Positions 60,755 to 64,000 of a stretch of DNA of 64,000 nucleotides are shown here, piece after piece. The notes under the pieces were generated by a model. That model saw only the letters and a program-made list of their open reading frames with translations, searched no databases and had not been told where the DNA came from. Position numbers and translations under genes: made by a program. How positions within the stretch are numbered: position 1 is the stretch's first letter; each line of letters starts with the position of its first letter. The DNA is from Podarcis melisellensis. Taxonomy: Eukaryota. Location of the stretch: the NCBI GenBank assembly GCA_964234715.1, contig OZ174282.1; one strand, given 5' to 3'.

Positions 60755-63171
60755 GTTAAGCTGCCTTTAATCTTTAATTCATGCCCACAGATGCTCTGCA
60801 GCACATGCAGCAGCGGAATGGGAACGGCACTCCCAAGTTGGCGGGTTGTAGAGACTCTTGCCAGACCTTCCCTTTCAAAGCCGCACAGCCTGGGGAATGG
60901 TACAAATGGCCTTCCATTGCCCTCTTCATTGCTCTTTGTGGCAAAAAAATTGCATTGCTTTTATCCAGCCCCGCACTGCCAGCCCCAGAGGCTTTGAGAA
61001 AACAAAAAACAGCTGAGTAAAATGCCCCCTTCTCTCCCAGAAGGCGGGTGGGTGGGAAGCTTCCTCCAAGGAAAAAGGGCTGAAGGAGGGCAGGCGCTCA
61101 GGCTGTAAAAGCCAGTAAGTGTAGCATTTTTTTCTGCATGGATAGCAGAATTTGGCCGAGGCTGACAATGTGCTTGCTCTTTCCAAGCTCCCACAGGCTC
61201 TGGCTGCATTAAGCTGTGCTTGGCCAGAATGAAAGCCAAGCAAAGAGGCAACTATTGTTGTACCTGGCATCTAAGTGGATGCAAAGGGAAGACAATCCCA
61301 CTGCACAATTGAAAGAAGGGCCAAATGAATGTAGGAGGGGTGACTAGCAGCCTTCCAAACAGATTCATTAGCATCTCACAGAAGACAGCGAAGGCTACTC
61401 TGGGAAACGAACATACAACCACAGGCTAATGTTACAGCAGACTCTGAAGCACCAGGGCGGGGGGCCGATCAGATCCAGATCCTTAAAAATAAGTGAGGCA
61501 GTGCATAATCAGAGACAGGGAACCCATGATATGAGCAGAAAGGCAGAAAGTGGGGGAGGAAGTAAAGGAAAACAGACAGGGAGCCATCAATAGATTCAGT
61601 GTCCATCCTTCCATCCATCTGCCTGTGTCCTTTCGAAAGTAAAAGAGAACAGGTCCCTGCCTCTGTGTATTAAGCCATGAGGGTGCAGGGAGGTAGCAGA
61701 AGTCTTGTGCAAAGGATGAATAAAAACTCTCTCCTCCAACACAACTTCTGGCAAAAAAGTGATGTTATTATTTATTTTGTTTACTTAAGATTCTTCTATC
61801 TTGCTCTTCCTCCAACCTGGAACTCAGGGCAGGTAAAGAACCAAGAACAAGAAGCCGAAATAAGGCATCGTTTAAGTGCAACTTGCTAACTAGGCAAGCA
61901 AAGTAGAACTTTATTGGGCAAATTGTTAAAGGTATAAAAATGAGCAAAGATTGGGAATTCAAACTAGAGTATTTTTTGCATATTTGCATTTAATGTGCAA
62001 AAATGAAGGTAGCAAACTGCTGTGGGGACTGAAGATAGCAGGTGTGGAGGAGTTGAAATTATGGTCCTGTTGAAATTGTTCCTCAGAGGCTGTGATTTGC
62101 ATTGGGAGGAAATTCCCCACTGGTGCAAATGGTAGCTTCTGGAGAGTGATTATCAACAGGACTTTGACACAGACACCTCAAATATTTGGTTTCATCTAAT
62201 GCTGTTTTCAAAGCTTTTGAGATTACTTTTTATCACTTTCTAGGGTGGGTAAAGTTGAGCAAGAAATACAAACTATTTTCATATTTAGGCACAGGTTATA
62301 ACATTTTTGGAAGTCAACAGAAAGGGACATACCTAAAGGTGAGGATTGGTGTGTGTGTGTGTTTAATTTCTGTGTTTTACAGAAATTATCCCAGCTGCTT
62401 CAGGCCAAAAACATCATTCTGCATTTGGTGGCCAAACACATCATTATGGGAGGACATAGCAGCCCATCTGGGCTCCTGTTGCCTACTCAAAGCACTAAAA
62501 GGCTCTCACAACTGAGGCAGCCATGCACCAATCTTGACCCTGGAGTCATCCTCTTCAAGGAATGAAGCTAAGGAGCTGGAGTTTGAGAGGGAACTGCGCT
62601 CAGGCCAGTCCCAGATGTATGTAACTAACAGGAACCACTTGTGCAAGAGGAGCCCATTGTGCCAGTACCTCTCTGTCCAAAGGACATCACATTTCCCTCC
62701 TCTGACTCAGAGGGTTCCAGTTCAGGAGCCATGGTTGGGCCACTGTCTCCTTTGCTCCATCAGAGTCAAAGCAGGTTGAAACCCTTTAAATGAAGAGGTT
62801 CCTCTCACCGCTGAGCTAGCAACTGAGATAGAGCTGTTGCTCATATTTAAGGGCCAGCTTCTGGGTTACGGGTGCTGAAACAACATTCGAGCTTTGCTCA
62901 TGTGGAGTCTCCCGCCTGAGCCTCACATGGAGCTGTCCAGGGTACTGATGAGGTTTGCCTCACAGCTGAAACCATCACTTAAAACAGAACTGCAGCCATA
63001 TTTTCCCTTGGTGTTTCAGCCCTAGTGGTCTTCTTCCTTTGCAGGGTTGGGGAATACTGAAGCTCAAAACACATCTAATGGTTCCTACACATTTCCCTTT
63101 ATGCTTCATTTGGGTTCAAGAGAATGGAGCAATTCAGTAGCAACAAGTTGGATGCCAAGAATGACAAATGC

Positions 63172-63205
<34 letters not shown>

Positions 63206-63213
63206 TGGTAGGA

Positions 63214-63402
63214 GGGGAATGACATGAGACTGGTGGTAGAGCATCTGCTCTGCATGCCGAAGGTCCCAGGTTTAATCCCTGGCATTTCCAGCTACACCTG
63301 GGAAAGACTCCATGTCTGAAATCCCAGAGAGTCACTGCTACTAGTCAGTGAGCTAGATGGCTCAATGGTCCATCTTGGTATAAGGCAGCTTCCTATGTTC
63401 CT
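63214..63402 (+). mobile_element. Duplicate of SINE 8120-8308
   Basis: Lies within repeat copy B. Confidence 0.85.
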
Positions 63403-64000
63403 GTGGGACAAGTTTGTCTTTTACCATGAGTAAGGCTGAGTGGATAAGTCTGGCATTGTGCGCAGAGATGCAAAGGGGTTGACATTTGCCGTATTAATTA
63501 AATGTTTAGAATTTACAAGCAAAGGAGAGCCAAGCCTGGCGTTCTGTTTGAATAGTTACTTTATTAGTTTTGAGTTAAGCATGTGCAGGACTGAGTTCTG
63601 TATTTTAAAATAAGCTATGCAAGAGGTTGGGTGTCAGAATTAAAAGTTTAAAATTTGCCAGCATATGTTTTATTAAAGACTGACCCACTACTGACTTCAT
63701 CTTTAGGATCCTCTAACTTGCAGAGGATTCGGACCAAAACACCAAAGAAACTCCATGGGGACACAGAAGCTGCTGCAAGTGAAACACAAACATCTATACT
63801 ATAGAGTACAGCATCTTTACCGTTTACATGTCACACAAGTTAAGGTGAGAGCCTTACTTATTGGTGCACAAGTGAATTTGTAAGCTCCTTAACTCTTTTT
63901 TAAAAAACTGAAATGTATATATTTCAGTCCTAGAATGTCTTCATTGTTTTTAATGAAAGCAAATTTGCTAAATTACACGAGCCAGTTCAATGGGAAAAAT

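Larger units (their letters stand above)
55099..64000 (+). repeat. Long direct repeat, copy B (matches 1-8906)
   Basis: Same comparison. The match is limited by the window edges, so the true extent is unknown. Confidence 0.98.

Noticed and set aside
1-64000. Naming the host or target gene
   Set aside because: No exon or conserved element could be matched to a specific locus from the sequence alone.

Overview
Vertebrate non-coding genomic DNA, very probably from a lacertid lizard: it carries two full-length Sauria/Squam1-type SINEs plus squamate-type CR1, L2, L1 and hAT relics. I find no credible host protein-coding gene. The supplied ORFs are noise, microsatellite read-through, N-run artefacts or LINE ORF2 remnants. 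The window looks like a large intron or gene desert: dispersed repeats alternate with many repeat-free, AT-rich, TAAT-rich blocks resembling conserved enhancers. Main observations: (1) bases 1-8906 recur almost perfectly at 55099-64000, differing only by four small indels at simple repeats; (2) five short irregular N-runs (140-220 nt) sit inside unique enhancer-like sequence rather than in repeats, which fits masked highly conserved elements better than ordinary gaps; (3) several well-preserved insertions retain target-site duplications (TSDs), including a TIR-bounded family present both with and without a LINE-tail cargo. I see no convincing evidence of a new biological system. Coordinates of old repeats and enhancer-like blocks are approximate.
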